Below are positions 38,024-48,453 of a DNA stretch of 64,000 nt, one piece after another. A program made the translations under genes and the position numbers. Positions within the stretch are counted from its first letter, which is position 1; each line of letters starts with the position of its first letter. The stretch is from Nitrospirales bacterium (lineage in GTDB: Bacteria > Nitrospirota > Nitrospiria > Nitrospirales > UBA8639). The stretch spans positions 16,871-80,870 of the forward strand of contig JAJDBS010000005.1 of the NCBI GenBank assembly GCA_029261235.1, in the 5' to 3' direction. The notes under the pieces are model-generated. The model was not told the DNA's origin. It worked only from the letters and a program-made list of their open reading frames with translations, and did not search any database.

Positions 38024-40372
38024 ATGCTCCCTATGCCTCACGTTGAAGTACCCACAACCCATTCGGGAACGGCAACCGAAGCAAGGAATCCAGCCATTGA
38101 AGTTCCGTTACCAAACTCTGGCCCCCTTCATCGCCACTCACATTCTTCATACCCGACCAGAGATGATGGTCTCGTGCTACCCCTCTTTATCTCGACCATT
38201 TTCCTCAGCTCACTACTAGTGTTTTCTGTGCAGCCCATGTTTGCGAAAATGGTTCTTCCTCTACTCGGCGGTTCCCCTGGTGTATGGAACACCGCCATGC
38301 TGTTCTTTCAAATAATGTTATTACTCGGTTATATCTACGCTCATCTCACTAACAAATTTTTAGGTGTACGATGGCAAGCCGGATTGCATCTCTGTCTCAT
38401 GGCTTTGATCTTTTTCTTCTTGCCAATCAGTGTTGCTCAGGGCTGGACCCCACCGCTTGAAGAAGCGCCGGTTTCTTGGCTGATCGGGTTGTTTGCCGTC
38501 TCCGTCGGCTTACCTTTTTTTGCCGTCGCCGCCAATGCTCCTTTGCTCCAACGATGGTTCTCACATACCGGACACAGTACAGCAGCTGACCCTTATTTTC
38601 TGTATGGCGCCAGTAACCTTGGGAGTCTTCTGGCTCTGTTGAGTTACCCTCTGGTCGTTGAGCCCCTTCTGACGAGTCACCAGCAAAGTCTCGCCTGGGG
38701 ATGGGCATACGCCGTCCTTGTCGGCTTACTTGCCATCTGTGCCGTCTCGCTGTGGCGACGTTGCAGCCTCGCGACGACCTCCGGCTCTAGACAACCCTCG
38801 ACAACCTCGATCGCTACCTCAGCTCTCCCCATGTCTCAACGCTTGCATTGGTTGATACTGGCCTTTGTGCCGTCGAGTTTATTATTGGGTGTCACCATGC
38901 ACATCACCACCGATGTCGCCGCCGCGCCTCTCCTCTGGGTTCTGCCTCTAATGCTCTATCTATTGACTTTCGTCATCGTCTTTGCTCGCCGCCCATGGCT
39001 CCCCCATACCTGGATGGTATTAGCCCAACCCTTCTTCTTAATACCAATTGGGGTCCATCGATTCAATGGCGTGCTCTTGAACATTGTCTTACCCCTGGCA
39101 GTCTTTTTTGTGACCACAATGGTGTGTCATGGAGAACTCGTCAAGCGGCGCCCGCAGGCTAGCCATCTCACCGAATTCTATTTATGGATGTCGTTAGGTG
39201 GGATGCTCGGCGGAGTCTTTAATGTTCTTGTCGCGCCGCTGCTATTCAATTCAGTCATTGAATATCCATTAATGTTGGTCTTGGCATGTTTTCTACGCCC
39301 CTGGCCTAACATAACGAGCAAATGGATTAACCCTGCTGACGTGCTCTGGCCTACCCTGCTCTTCGCTGCATTGGGTGGACTGCTATTAGTGGCTGGGCAC
39401 CCTAGTGATTGGGGTATTGCCGGTATTCTGATTTTTTGTTTAGTGCTAGGCCTCGGCACGTATAGTTTTCGCCAACGGCCCGTTCGATTTGGGTTGGGGA
39501 TTGGAGTCGTGCTTATTTTGACGACTTTCTTAGGCCCTCAGGAAACCACGCTAACAAGAGAACGAAGTTTTTTTGGAGTAAATACTGTGCAAGTGACCGA
39601 GGAGGGTGATTTTCACTTGTTAGTTCATGGAAGGACCATCCATGGCGCACAACACACGGACCCAACTCGATGGAAAGAGCCTCTCACCTATTACCATCGG
39701 AACGGACCACTGGGACAGTTGTTCTCAATAGTTCAACAGCAAGGGACGCTCTTTCATCGCATTGCGGCCATTGGATTAGGCACTGGCACCGCAGCATGTT
39801 ATCAAACGTCCGGGCAACATTGGACATTTCATGAAATCGACCCAAAGGTAGCGCAGATCGCTCAAGATACCCGTTTTTTTCACTACCTCTCTGAATGTGG
39901 AGGAAATTATGACATTGTCTATGGCGACGCTCGGCTCTCATTAAGTGCAGCTCCCGATCGGCATTATGATTTACTCATCTTGGATGCCTTCAGCTCTGAT
40001 GCTATTCCCGTCCATCTCCTTACTCGTGAAGCGTTGGCTCTTTATTTACGAAAAATAAATCCCAACGGGATCCTCCTCTTCCACATTTCCAACAATAATC
40101 TTGATCTCAGCCCTGTTATGGGAAATTTAGCAACGGATGCTGATCTTGTTGGCTGGATACAACGATATCGGGTCACTAGTGAAGAACAACTAGCCCAATA
40201 TGAGCCGGCCTCTGATTGGGTCGTGATGACCAGGTCAGCAACGGATCTCCGCCTCCTTGACGAAGATTCCCGTTGGCAACGACTCACGCCAGACCCAAAT
40301 GCGCGAGTGTGGACAGACGATTATTCTAATATTTTGGGCGTCTTCAAATTTTGGACGACCATAGGATATTAG
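38024..40372 (+). CDS. Fused multi-TM (MFS-like) / spermidine-synthase-like SAM-dependent transferase
   Basis: ~13 TM helices, then RSFFGV, HGRTIHGAQ, IGLGTGT, EIDP, GDARLSL, LDAFSSDAIPVHLLTREA, WTDDYSN. Confidence 0.88.
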   Translation: MLPMPHVEVPTTHSGTATEARNPAIEVPLPNSGPLHRHSHSSYPTRDDGLVLPLFISTIFLSSLLVFSVQPMFAKMVLPLLGGSPGVWNTAMLFFQIMLLLGYIYAHLTNKFLGVRWQAGLHLCLMALIFFFLPISVAQGWTPPLEEAPVSWLIGLFAVSVGLPFFAVAANAPLLQRWFSHTGHSTAADPYFLYGASNLGSLLALLSYPLVVEPLLTSHQQSLAWGWAYAVLVGLLAICAVSLWRRCSLATTSGSRQPSTTSIATSALPMSQRLHWLILAFVPSSLLLGVTMHITTDVAAAPLLWVLPLMLYLLTFVIVFARRPWLPHTWMVLAQPFFLIPIGVHRFNGVLLNIVLPLAVFFVTTMVCHGELVKRRPQASHLTEFYLWMSLGGMLGGVFNVLVAPLLFNSVIEYPLMLVLACFLRPWPNITSKWINPADVLWPTLLFAALGGLLLVAGHPSDWGIAGILIFCLVLGLGTYSFRQRPVRFGLGIGVVLILTTFLGPQETTLTRERSFFGVNTVQVTEEGDFHLLVHGRTIHGAQHTDPTRWKEPLTYYHRNGPLGQLFSIVQQQGTLFHRIAAIGLGTGTAACYQTSGQHWTFHEIDPKVAQIAQDTRFFHYLSECGGNYDIVYGDARLSLSAAPDRHYDLLILDAFSSDAIPVHLLTREALALYLRKINPNGILLFHISNNNLDLSPVMGNLATDADLVGWIQRYRVTSEEQLAQYEPASDWVVMTRSATDLRLLDEDSRWQRLTPDPNARVWTDDYSNILGVFKFWTTIGY

Positions 40373-40667
40373 CGATGGCCTTACTCAATAAGTCCCTACA
40401 AATACTAGACAACGATGTCAGATCTTCCGTTTACGAATTAAGGAAGATTTCCAACTCAGCCTATTGCATGAAATAATATTATCTCTACTGAAAAATTGCT
40501 CAAGAAAAAATTACTCAAATAAGGCGTAAAAGCACTAATCTTCCAAGCAGGTGGCTCTCTTCAATCTGTGATTAGCTCTCTAAGTACAGTGACAAATTAC
40601 CCAAAAAAAATTTGGTAACCAGCTCAGATTTTTGATCCTTAAGTCAAAATCCACCAACGTAAAAAAT

Positions 40668-41606
40668 ATGTCTCCCAAAAAGTCCAATGTCCTCCACGCA
40701 ATCTCCACAACAATTAGTCAACTTCAACTGCCAAGTGGAGGATTTCCTTATCAGGTTGGAAACGAAGCTCGTCCTGATTCTACTGCATGGGCGGTTATTG
40801 GACTTTCGATGGTTGACACTCCTGAATTTGTTTGTGAGCAGGGACGAGCATATCTACAGCAACACCAAGACACGATGGGTCGTGTCTGCATCTCCCCTAG
40901 CCATCCCCAAGCCTCTTGGCCGACTCCACTCGCCATGCTTGCCTGGCATAGTTCTCCCAAGTATGAACTTTATGAAAAACACGCCAGTGAATTTCTTCTA
41001 GCTTTTACAGGAAATCATTTTCCGAAGTCCGACCCATCAATCATCGGACATGACCCAACCATTATAGGATGGCCATGGATTGCAGATACACATAGTTGGA
41101 TCATCCCAACAGGAATGGCCATTCTCGCATTACAAGTAGCAGGGCTGGGTGCCCACTCCAGAGTCAAAGAGGGGCAAGCGATGATCCTGGACCGCCAGCT
41201 CCCTCATGGCGGCTGGAATTATGGGAATACGTCTGTGTTTGGAAAAGAACTCCACCCTCTACCAGAATGTACGGGAATTGCCCTGCAAGCCTTGGCAAAC
41301 GACACAGACAGACAAGACGTCGAAGAAAGTCTTGACTATCTCCTCAAGAAACTTCCCACTCTTCACACGCCAATTTCACTTGGATGGGCCTTATTGGGCT
41401 TGGGGACATGGGGGCTTCGACCATCACAATCAGAAGAGCTGATCTTGAAGAGCCTCGAGCTTCAAGAACGCTACGGCCCCTATCCCCTACCCTCATTAGC
41501 GTTGCTCTCGTGTGCTGCCAATGCTTCAGCAGGCCTGAGATCTTTATTTGAATTGTCGCCCGTTCCCCACCACCTCTCTCTACCCCAGAGAGAATCATTC
41601 GTCTGA
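40668..41606 (+). CDS. Prenyltransferase/squalene-cyclase-like alpha/alpha-barrel repeat protein
   Basis: QLPSGGFPY, GWPWIADTHSWIIPT, DRQLPHGGWNYGN, PECTGIALQAL. Confidence 0.75.
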   Translation: MSPKKSNVLHAISTTISQLQLPSGGFPYQVGNEARPDSTAWAVIGLSMVDTPEFVCEQGRAYLQQHQDTMGRVCISPSHPQASWPTPLAMLAWHSSPKYELYEKHASEFLLAFTGNHFPKSDPSIIGHDPTIIGWPWIADTHSWIIPTGMAILALQVAGLGAHSRVKEGQAMILDRQLPHGGWNYGNTSVFGKELHPLPECTGIALQALANDTDRQDVEESLDYLLKKLPTLHTPISLGWALLGLGTWGLRPSQSEELILKSLELQERYGPYPLPSLALLSCAANASAGLRSLFELSPVPHHLSLPQRESFV

Positions 41607-41607
41607 C

Positions 41608-42633
41608 GTGTCTGATCTAGCTCACCAATCCAAGCAATTTGGGATTTCGCGACGAGAGTTTCTTGTGGCATCTGCCATTGGAGGGGGACTCACCCTTTCA
41701 GGGTTTTCCCTGTTCCAGTGGCTCAAAGGCCCTCCTTTGGCTGCACAAACATTTATTGGAAAAGCCACTGATTATCAGGGAGATTTGGCAGGGTTAATGC
41801 GAAGAGGTTTCATGGAACTAGGAATCCATGAATCTGCGGTAAAAGGAAAACGTATTCTGTTAAAACCAAACTTGGTTGAACCACACCAATTTAGTGCTCA
41901 TATCAACACTCATCCTCTGGTCGTGCGTGGGGCGGCCGAGGCCTTCCTCTCCCTAGGTGCAGCATCGGTAATTGTTGCCGAAGGCCCTGGGCACCGGCAT
42001 GACACCTTGTTAGTCCTAGAAGACTCAGGGTTGGGAGATGTGCTGTATGAAGACCGAATCGCCTTTCATGATTTGAACACCATTGACGGTTTCACCATTC
42101 CTAATGCAGGTGGCTATACGAACTTATCCACGCTCACCTTTCCTCGATTGTTTCAAGAAGTCGACTGGATTGTGTCCATGGCCAAGATGAAAACTCATCA
42201 TTGGGCCGGAGCCACACTATCCATGAAAAATTTGTTTGGCGTCATGCCGGGCATCTATTATGGCTGGCCAAAAAATGTCTTACACAGTGAAGGCATTATT
42301 CAATCAATCTTGGACATCAACGCAACCCTTAAGCCTCATTTTTCCATAATTGATGGCATCACAGGGATGGAAGGCGATGGCCCAATTATGGGCACTCCCA
42401 TTCAAGCAGGCGTTCTCGTCATGGGCAAGAACCTTCCAGCTGTTGATGCCACTTGCTGTCGTATCATGGGCATTGATCCACATCAAATCCCCTATCTTGA
42501 CCAGGCAGACCAATGGCTAGGACCAATTCGAGATTCTTTGATAGAACAACGAGGCGAAACTTGGCATTCGGTCCAAGCACCCTTCCAATTAATTCCTGAA
42601 ATCCCTGCCCATCAAAACATACGACTTGGGTAA
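41608..42633 (+). CDS. DUF362 domain protein with Tat signal
   Basis: SRREFL twin-Arg; ILLKPNLVE, THP, AEGPG, KMKTHHWAGATLSMKNLFG, DGITGMEGDGP, AVDA; GTG 41608 directly after upstream stop. Confidence 0.88.
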   Translation: MSDLAHQSKQFGISRREFLVASAIGGGLTLSGFSLFQWLKGPPLAAQTFIGKATDYQGDLAGLMRRGFMELGIHESAVKGKRILLKPNLVEPHQFSAHINTHPLVVRGAAEAFLSLGAASVIVAEGPGHRHDTLLVLEDSGLGDVLYEDRIAFHDLNTIDGFTIPNAGGYTNLSTLTFPRLFQEVDWIVSMAKMKTHHWAGATLSMKNLFGVMPGIYYGWPKNVLHSEGIIQSILDINATLKPHFSIIDGITGMEGDGPIMGTPIQAGVLVMGKNLPAVDATCCRIMGIDPHQIPYLDQADQWLGPIRDSLIEQRGETWHSVQAPFQLIPEIPAHQNIRLG

Positions 42634-43004
42634 ACCCTCAGCCCCCGTTGCATTGGCACATTGAACCCGCGAATCCCTGCATACTACGCAGCTCAACACC
42701 GCTATCTCCTAACTCTTTTTAAAGCCAGCTTCGACTTCCATCACCAGTGCATGACTGCTTCCTCCATTTCCCCCTACCCTTTGCATGCCGTCGCATCCTA
42801 ATACACTTTTTGTCGTTCGATACCAATTCCTCTCATAACGATGCTAACTGAATAACTCACATCTGTTGAACTCCCCCCACTAGGCAGAATTAGCCTCAAG
42901 GTTACACCAGCATAACTCCGATACATATACCGTAGGGTATTGTGCATCTAGGACAAACTCTGTCTGCTCGAATTTTATCGTCCAGAGAACCCTAATTTCA
43001 GTAC

Positions 43005-44555
43005 TTGATGATCTTTCTGAGAAGAGGAATAGGGGAAGTGCAACAGAAAATTCTCATTTTCATTGTTAGCTATAATGCAGAGACGACGATATCTCATGTC
43101 TTATCCAGGATTCCGACGGAGCTGTTCGACGATCAGGATATTCAGGTTGATGTTCTCATTATCGATGACGGTTCAACGGACAACACCATCACCGAATGTC
43201 ATTTCTACAGCCAAGATCACCCTGACGTGCCATTGACCATCCTGGTCAATCCTCAAAATTTGGGTTATGGCGCCAATCAAAAACTAGGGTATCAGTACGC
43301 GATTAGTCGAGACTTCGATGTGGTCTGCTTGATTCATGGAGACGGGCAATATGCACCAGAAGAGTTACCACAATTGCTACGCCCCCTGCTCAATGAAGAA
43401 TGTGAGGCCGTCTTTGGTTCAAGAATGATGGAATCGGGCACTGCAATTAAAGGCGGGATGCCCCTCTACAAATACTACGGTAATAAAACTCTGACTTGGC
43501 TCCAGAACAAAATAGTCGGCACAGTTCTCTCAGAGTACCACAGCGGGTATCGCCTGTATTCCGTCTCCGCCTTGAAAAGGCTTCCTTTCGAATATAACTC
43601 AAATGTGTTTGATTTCGACACAGATATCATTATCCAGCTGCACAACGCTGGTTGTCGCATTCGGGAGATCCCGATTCCCACTTTTTATGGCGATGAAGTC
43701 TGTAATGTAAACGGCATTCCTTACGCCTTCAATATTCTATCCGCATGCATCGCAAGCCGAATACAGTCATTAAGTCTGTTCTACAATCGAAAATTCGACC
43801 TTCAAGTCGACAATGAACAGTATCAATCTAAATTTGATTTCTATTCCTCGCACTCTGTCGCACTTAATGCCGTGAAAGCTGATGAACGGCTACTTGTCCT
43901 TGGGTGCGGTTCCGCTGCACTCGTCGCTCCATTTGTGAAAAAAGGCTGTCGACTGAGTGTCATTGATCAATATATTTCCCTCGAACTCGAAGCCCTGAGT
44001 GAGCATTGTGCCGAGATGAATCTTAACGAATTTAACTCCAGGAACCTTCCCGATGCTCCCCCCTACGACACGGTCTTGGCGTTAGACATCATTGAGCATC
44101 TCGCATCCCCGGAGAGTTTCCTTGAAGACCTGCGCCAAACATTGTGTCTGCGTGGAAGCCGTCTCATTATCACGACGCCCAACGTCACCTATCTGCCTCT
44201 CAGAATTATGTTTCTCTTTGGTTTCTTTAACTATGGAAAAAGAGGGATTCTTGATCGAACTCATACTAGGCTGTTTACCTTCGGTTCAATGCGTCGTCTA
44301 CTTCAACAGGCTGGCTTCGATCTCATCTCAATGCAAGGTATCCCTGCACCATTTCCACTCGCATTTGGGCGAACATCATGGATCGGCAAAGCGCTTTTAA
44401 ATATCAATAAAATCATGGCCCTGATCTGGCCAGGTGCCTTTTCGTATCAAATTTACTGTGAGGCCACTCCCTCGCCAACCGTTGAAGAATTGCTCGAACG
44501 AACCATCAAGCATTCACTCGAAACCGTCCCTTCCCAAGAAAACGCTCGATGTTGA
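43005..44555 (+). CDS. GT2 (polyprenol-phosphate glycosyltransferase-like) fused to class I SAM methyltransferase domain
   Basis: SYNAE, IDDGSTD, NLGYG, HGDGQY, SGYRLY, EIPIPTFY; C-terminal LGCG, LDIIEHL, TPN, DRTHTRLFT. Confidence 0.88.
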   Translation: MMIFLRRGIGEVQQKILIFIVSYNAETTISHVLSRIPTELFDDQDIQVDVLIIDDGSTDNTITECHFYSQDHPDVPLTILVNPQNLGYGANQKLGYQYAISRDFDVVCLIHGDGQYAPEELPQLLRPLLNEECEAVFGSRMMESGTAIKGGMPLYKYYGNKTLTWLQNKIVGTVLSEYHSGYRLYSVSALKRLPFEYNSNVFDFDTDIIIQLHNAGCRIREIPIPTFYGDEVCNVNGIPYAFNILSACIASRIQSLSLFYNRKFDLQVDNEQYQSKFDFYSSHSVALNAVKADERLLVLGCGSAALVAPFVKKGCRLSVIDQYISLELEALSEHCAEMNLNEFNSRNLPDAPPYDTVLALDIIEHLASPESFLEDLRQTLCLRGSRLIITTPNVTYLPLRIMFLFGFFNYGKRGILDRTHTRLFTFGSMRRLLQQAGFDLISMQGIPAPFPLAFGRTSWIGKALLNINKIMALIWPGAFSYQIYCEATPSPTVEELLERTIKHSLETVPSQENARC

Positions 44556-46330
44556 TACAGGAATTTCGAACAAAATCACTCCCATGGATTTCAATTTTCG
44601 TCGCAGTGACTCTCATCAATGGAGGAATCCTCTGGTGGTACCATGACCGGACATGGTTGGGACCGGATGATGGTCAACTCGCACACATCGCGGAGCGTAT
44701 CTTGGGTGGCGAGGTGCTTCATCAAGATATACAGGACGTTCGACCTGGATATGTAAACTTTATCAATGCTGCGGCACTGTACGTTTTTGGGCCGAGCCTA
44801 CTCAGCTTGCGTTACCCCCTGGCGTTCATAGTCCTTGTGCAGTCGATTCTGCTGTTCTTTCTCTTCCGTTCATACGGAGCAATGATGGCTGGAGCCCTTT
44901 CTCTGAGCTCCGTGGCTCTGGGCGTACTCCACTACATCAATCCTAACCACCACTGGTACGCATTGTTCTTTACTATTCTGCTCATCTGTCACTTGATATG
45001 GACACCGAGGACCAGCCGCTGGTACGTGCCTCTTGCGGGGTTGCTTATCGTCACCATTGGATTCATGCGACACCTTACTGGCGCATTCATAGGTATGGGC
45101 ACTCTCTCGTACCTTCTCTTTGAGGAATCGAGGAATCTGAAATCTTCCTATCCGTGGCAAGAACAATGGATGAGTCGAATAATTTGTGCTTCAATGCTGA
45201 TCCTGCTTGGACTGTATCTCTTGCGATCAACAGATGTCGTCGCCTTCGTCATGTTTGGCCTTTGGCCGTTGGCCTTCTTATTTTGGCAACTCACAGCACC
45301 CACAATACCCAACAGCAAGGCTATTAGCCTCTGCAAAGAACTGTGCCTGGGTATGTCTATCGGTGCATTACCTCTTCTCGCCTATCACGTCGTGAATGGC
45401 TCCCTTGCCGCTATGATAGACGACAACTTCGTTCGAGCCCTTGATGTACTCAATTGGAACTACACCAAGAAATTAGAGTATTGGATGCTCCCCTTAGCCG
45501 GGATGATCGAATTCAGCAACAACCCGAAATTGTCCTCATTCCTCAGCGCCGTGTATTTTCTGATCCTGCCGTTCTTCGCAGCTCTCAACGGATTCTTATT
45601 ACTTGTCGCTATTCGTCGCAGGACGTTAACCATATCGCTAACGTTGCCTGTGCTTGCAGCATTCTACGGCTTGGTGTCACTCATATTTCAAGTCCCTGTC
45701 TATCTGCATTTAACTTCCATATTATCAATTGGAGGATCAATGTGGCTGCTTCTGGCAATGAAGCCTCGATGGCAAGCACCAATGATTGTCATGCTCCTTT
45801 TTCTCTCAGGAATGAGTCTCACCTTCCAGGTAGGCCAGCCTATTATTCGAACGTTTATGGATCACGTTCGCACGGCAAAGACTGAGCTCTTCGATAGCCG
45901 CGGACAATTACCCAAAGTGGATCTATGGATCGATGAAAACTCACTGAAAGCCTATGGAAAGGTTGTTCGCATCATCGAAGAGGAGACAAACCCAGGGGAT
46001 TATATCTTCGCCCTCCCGAATAATGCTGAGCTCTATTTCATGACGGGACGGCGCAATCCTTTTCGATTCTTCAGTACGGATCACGGAGTCCTAAATACGT
46101 CTGAGGTACAAAGCGTCATACAACGCTTGGAGATACTCCGTCCTCGCATCATCACCTTTTCACCAAACGACGATCGAAACACGAGCCACTCGTTAGCCAT
46201 CATGGAGTACATCCGTAGACACTACGTATTGCTCTCGAAAGACAAGTCTTTCGAAGTCTACCTTTATCGTGAGCAAAGCAGTTCAACGGAGCAAAATATT
46301 GACGGACAAGTCGGGATGGCCAAGCATTGA
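44549..46330 (+). CDS. GT-C type (ArnT/PMT-like) polytopic membrane glycosyltransferase
   Basis: TM1 then GPDDG acidic loop, ERILGGEVLHQD..RPG, ~12 TMs, periplasmic PGDYIF...LYFMTGRRNP domain; overlaps the GT2 stop. Confidence 0.7.
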   Translation: MLIQEFRTKSLPWISIFVAVTLINGGILWWYHDRTWLGPDDGQLAHIAERILGGEVLHQDIQDVRPGYVNFINAAALYVFGPSLLSLRYPLAFIVLVQSILLFFLFRSYGAMMAGALSLSSVALGVLHYINPNHHWYALFFTILLICHLIWTPRTSRWYVPLAGLLIVTIGFMRHLTGAFIGMGTLSYLLFEESRNLKSSYPWQEQWMSRIICASMLILLGLYLLRSTDVVAFVMFGLWPLAFLFWQLTAPTIPNSKAISLCKELCLGMSIGALPLLAYHVVNGSLAAMIDDNFVRALDVLNWNYTKKLEYWMLPLAGMIEFSNNPKLSSFLSAVYFLILPFFAALNGFLLLVAIRRRTLTISLTLPVLAAFYGLVSLIFQVPVYLHLTSILSIGGSMWLLLAMKPRWQAPMIVMLLFLSGMSLTFQVGQPIIRTFMDHVRTAKTELFDSRGQLPKVDLWIDENSLKAYGKVVRIIEEETNPGDYIFALPNNAELYFMTGRRNPFRFFSTDHGVLNTSEVQSVIQRLEILRPRIITFSPNDDRNTSHSLAIMEYIRRHYVLLSKDKSFEVYLYREQSSSTEQNIDGQVGMAKH

Positions 46331-46422
46331 TCCGAAAAATCCCAATTTCTAGAATAAAAAACCACATATGTTTTGACAAATTCAACGACGCAGTCCCTAG
46401 GACTAGGAAAACGGGCAAAGAA

Positions 46423-46590
46423 TTACGAAGGATTGTGGAGGAAAGCGTTGCCTTCTTGTATGCGCCCCTGGGCTGTAATGGCTACTTGGCTTTGCGGATC
46501 AGCTACGAACACGTTGTTGAAAGACCTAACGCGCCATGGAGAACTGTTGCCGTTCTTGATGGGAATATCTAATTTTGAGCAACATAGCTA
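46423..46590 (-). pseudogene. Decayed second copy of the cpoB 3' end
   Basis: AMLLKIRYSHQERQQFSMAR*VFQQRVRS/PQSQVAITAQGRIQEGNAFLHNPS* vs intact ASLLKIGYAHLELKHPSIARSVFQQLVRTHPQSSEAIKAHGRLQEVNALLHNPS* at 54136. Confidence 0.85.
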
Positions 46591-46632
46591 GGACGTTGTT
46601 GATTGAAAGGCCGGATCTATTTCTCCTAAACC

Positions 46633-47300
46633 TTATTGGCTGACAGCATAAGGAACTTTTATGTCTAACGGATTTGGGTCATCTGACTTGGGATACACAT
46701 ACGGCACGGCATGTTGGACAAGCTCTTGAGTGTTGGACAGCTTATTCAAAACGTTCATGTGCAATGGATACTCGAGAGGATACGCGATCGGATCATACAC
46801 CCCTTTCTGATTTGGCCCCTTCACAGCAAAAAAAATCAAATAGCCATGAAGCATATCTCTTTCTGAAAGTTGGGCTTCATTTCGGATTGTTTGCTATGTC
46901 TGGATAGTTCTGGATCCATGATCCCCATGGATAATGATGACCGAATCTTCCCAAATACCGGAGCTCTGCATACGCTCAAAGAAATCTTCTAATCTTGTAT
47001 ACAGACATTGCACTTGATTGAAATACTGTTGATAGTGCTCTTCACGATAATCCGCCGTATTGGGATCTTTGGGACCATATAGAGCCTGAGGGTTAAAGAT
47101 TAGGTTTTCATATTTCCATTCGTCTATAGATATTTAAATTGAGCAATCCGCATTGGCAAGGAATGGGCATGTGGAATGAGTAACAGCATATTCCTCGCTG
47201 GTAGTTCCACAATAGTGCCCCAAAGCAGATCGAGAGCATGTCAATAAAGAAGAGTACGTGACCTTGAGTCTATCCCAAGAACCTGAAGGCAAAACTATCC
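46633..47300 (-). pseudogene. Relic of a sulfatase-like / alkaline-phosphatase-superfamily transferase
   Basis: LLIPH fragment and YFNQVQCLYTRLEDFFERMQSSGIWEDSVIIIHGDHGSR, interrupted by stops and frameshifts. Confidence 0.6.
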
Positions 47301-47595
47301 CGTATGCCCATAACTGATACTGCTATCGTAAATAGTAATCTTTGGCATATGTATAGACGGATGAACGACTGTGATAGGCCGCCAAGATCAGCTGGACTCG
47401 ATCCAAAGTCTTCATCTGTACGTCTTACGTAAGTTGAAGGCCTTTAGAAAGAATTTCAAGTTAAAAATCGAGAACATGAAATACATGAAGGGAAATTATC
47501 ATAATCACTGCCTGAGCTTTTGGCTCAAAACAAAAGCACAAGGATATCTATAGCATTTCCAAATAAGTTCCATGTGGTGAATGCTATTGACCACT

Positions 47596-47895
47596 ATGGC
47601 CTACAGCATCGTTTTACGACGACGGGTGGTGGGATTTATCGTGGATAGGTCCAGCAAGGGCAAAGCCGTGCGGCGTTTCAGCATCAGCATCTGGTGTGTA
47701 CACAATTGGTACAGGCGAGCTGACTTAGCCCTCATTTTCCTCGAACCCGGCGCCGGAAGTTAGATTACATGGCACTGCGACGGCATGTGGCGCAGCATCC
47801 TGAGGCAACCCTCCAGGAACGGGCCTGCCATTTTGTGGTCCGAATAACGCGATCTGGTATGCACTCCTTCAGGGCCATATGACTCGTAAAAAACT
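47596..47895 (+). mobile_element. IS630-family transposase N-terminal (HTH) relic
   Basis: MAYSIVLRRRVV...AVRRFSIS...W, then frameshifted KLDYMALRRHVAQHPEATLQERACHF...TRKK. Confidence 0.75.
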
Positions 47896-48077
47896 CTTCA
47901 TTTATAGGAGAACACCACCAGTTTTGCCTCGGCGCATTCCCCACACATCAAGCACAGAAACCCATGGGCGAGAATGCCGCACTCCAGAAATGCTTCGAAC
48001 TAATTTTTGAAAAACTGAGACAGGCTGGCCCCTATTTCCTCTTCATTCATTTTATTTCTGAATTCTTGGCATCAAGG

Positions 48078-48432
48078 GGCTCGCCAGCGAAGGATAAAAC
48101 TGGAAGATCTTACTGATGAAACAGTCCTATGGCACAAACGTGGATCATCAGCACATGCTGCATTTGGGGAAATATTAAAGCTGGGCAAAGTTACTCTCAA
48201 AAACACATTGAAACCTGGCAGACACGAGGCCATGCAGAAAGCTGTTGCTGAAGGTTTGGGCGTTGGTATTGTGAATGAAGGAGAAATGGGCCGCGATAGC
48301 TGGCTGTATAAGCTGGCCGTGCGTGATACTTTCCTAACAGTGGGAGAAAATGCCGCTTGTTTGGCAGATGGCAAAGAGCAGTCAACCGTCTCTGCGTTCA
48401 TGGAATTAGCCGTGGAAACAGCAACGCTTTAG
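48078..48432 (+). pseudogene. C-terminal fragment of a LysR-type substrate-binding domain
   Basis: IKLEDLTDETVLWHKRGSS...EAMQKAVAEGLGVGIV...VSAFMELA; no HTH. Confidence 0.7.
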
Positions 48433-48453
48433 CTCTGATCACCTCATCTATAG

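Noticed and set aside
42654-42669. TGGCAC as a sigma54 site
   Set aside because: No TTGC at the -12 position
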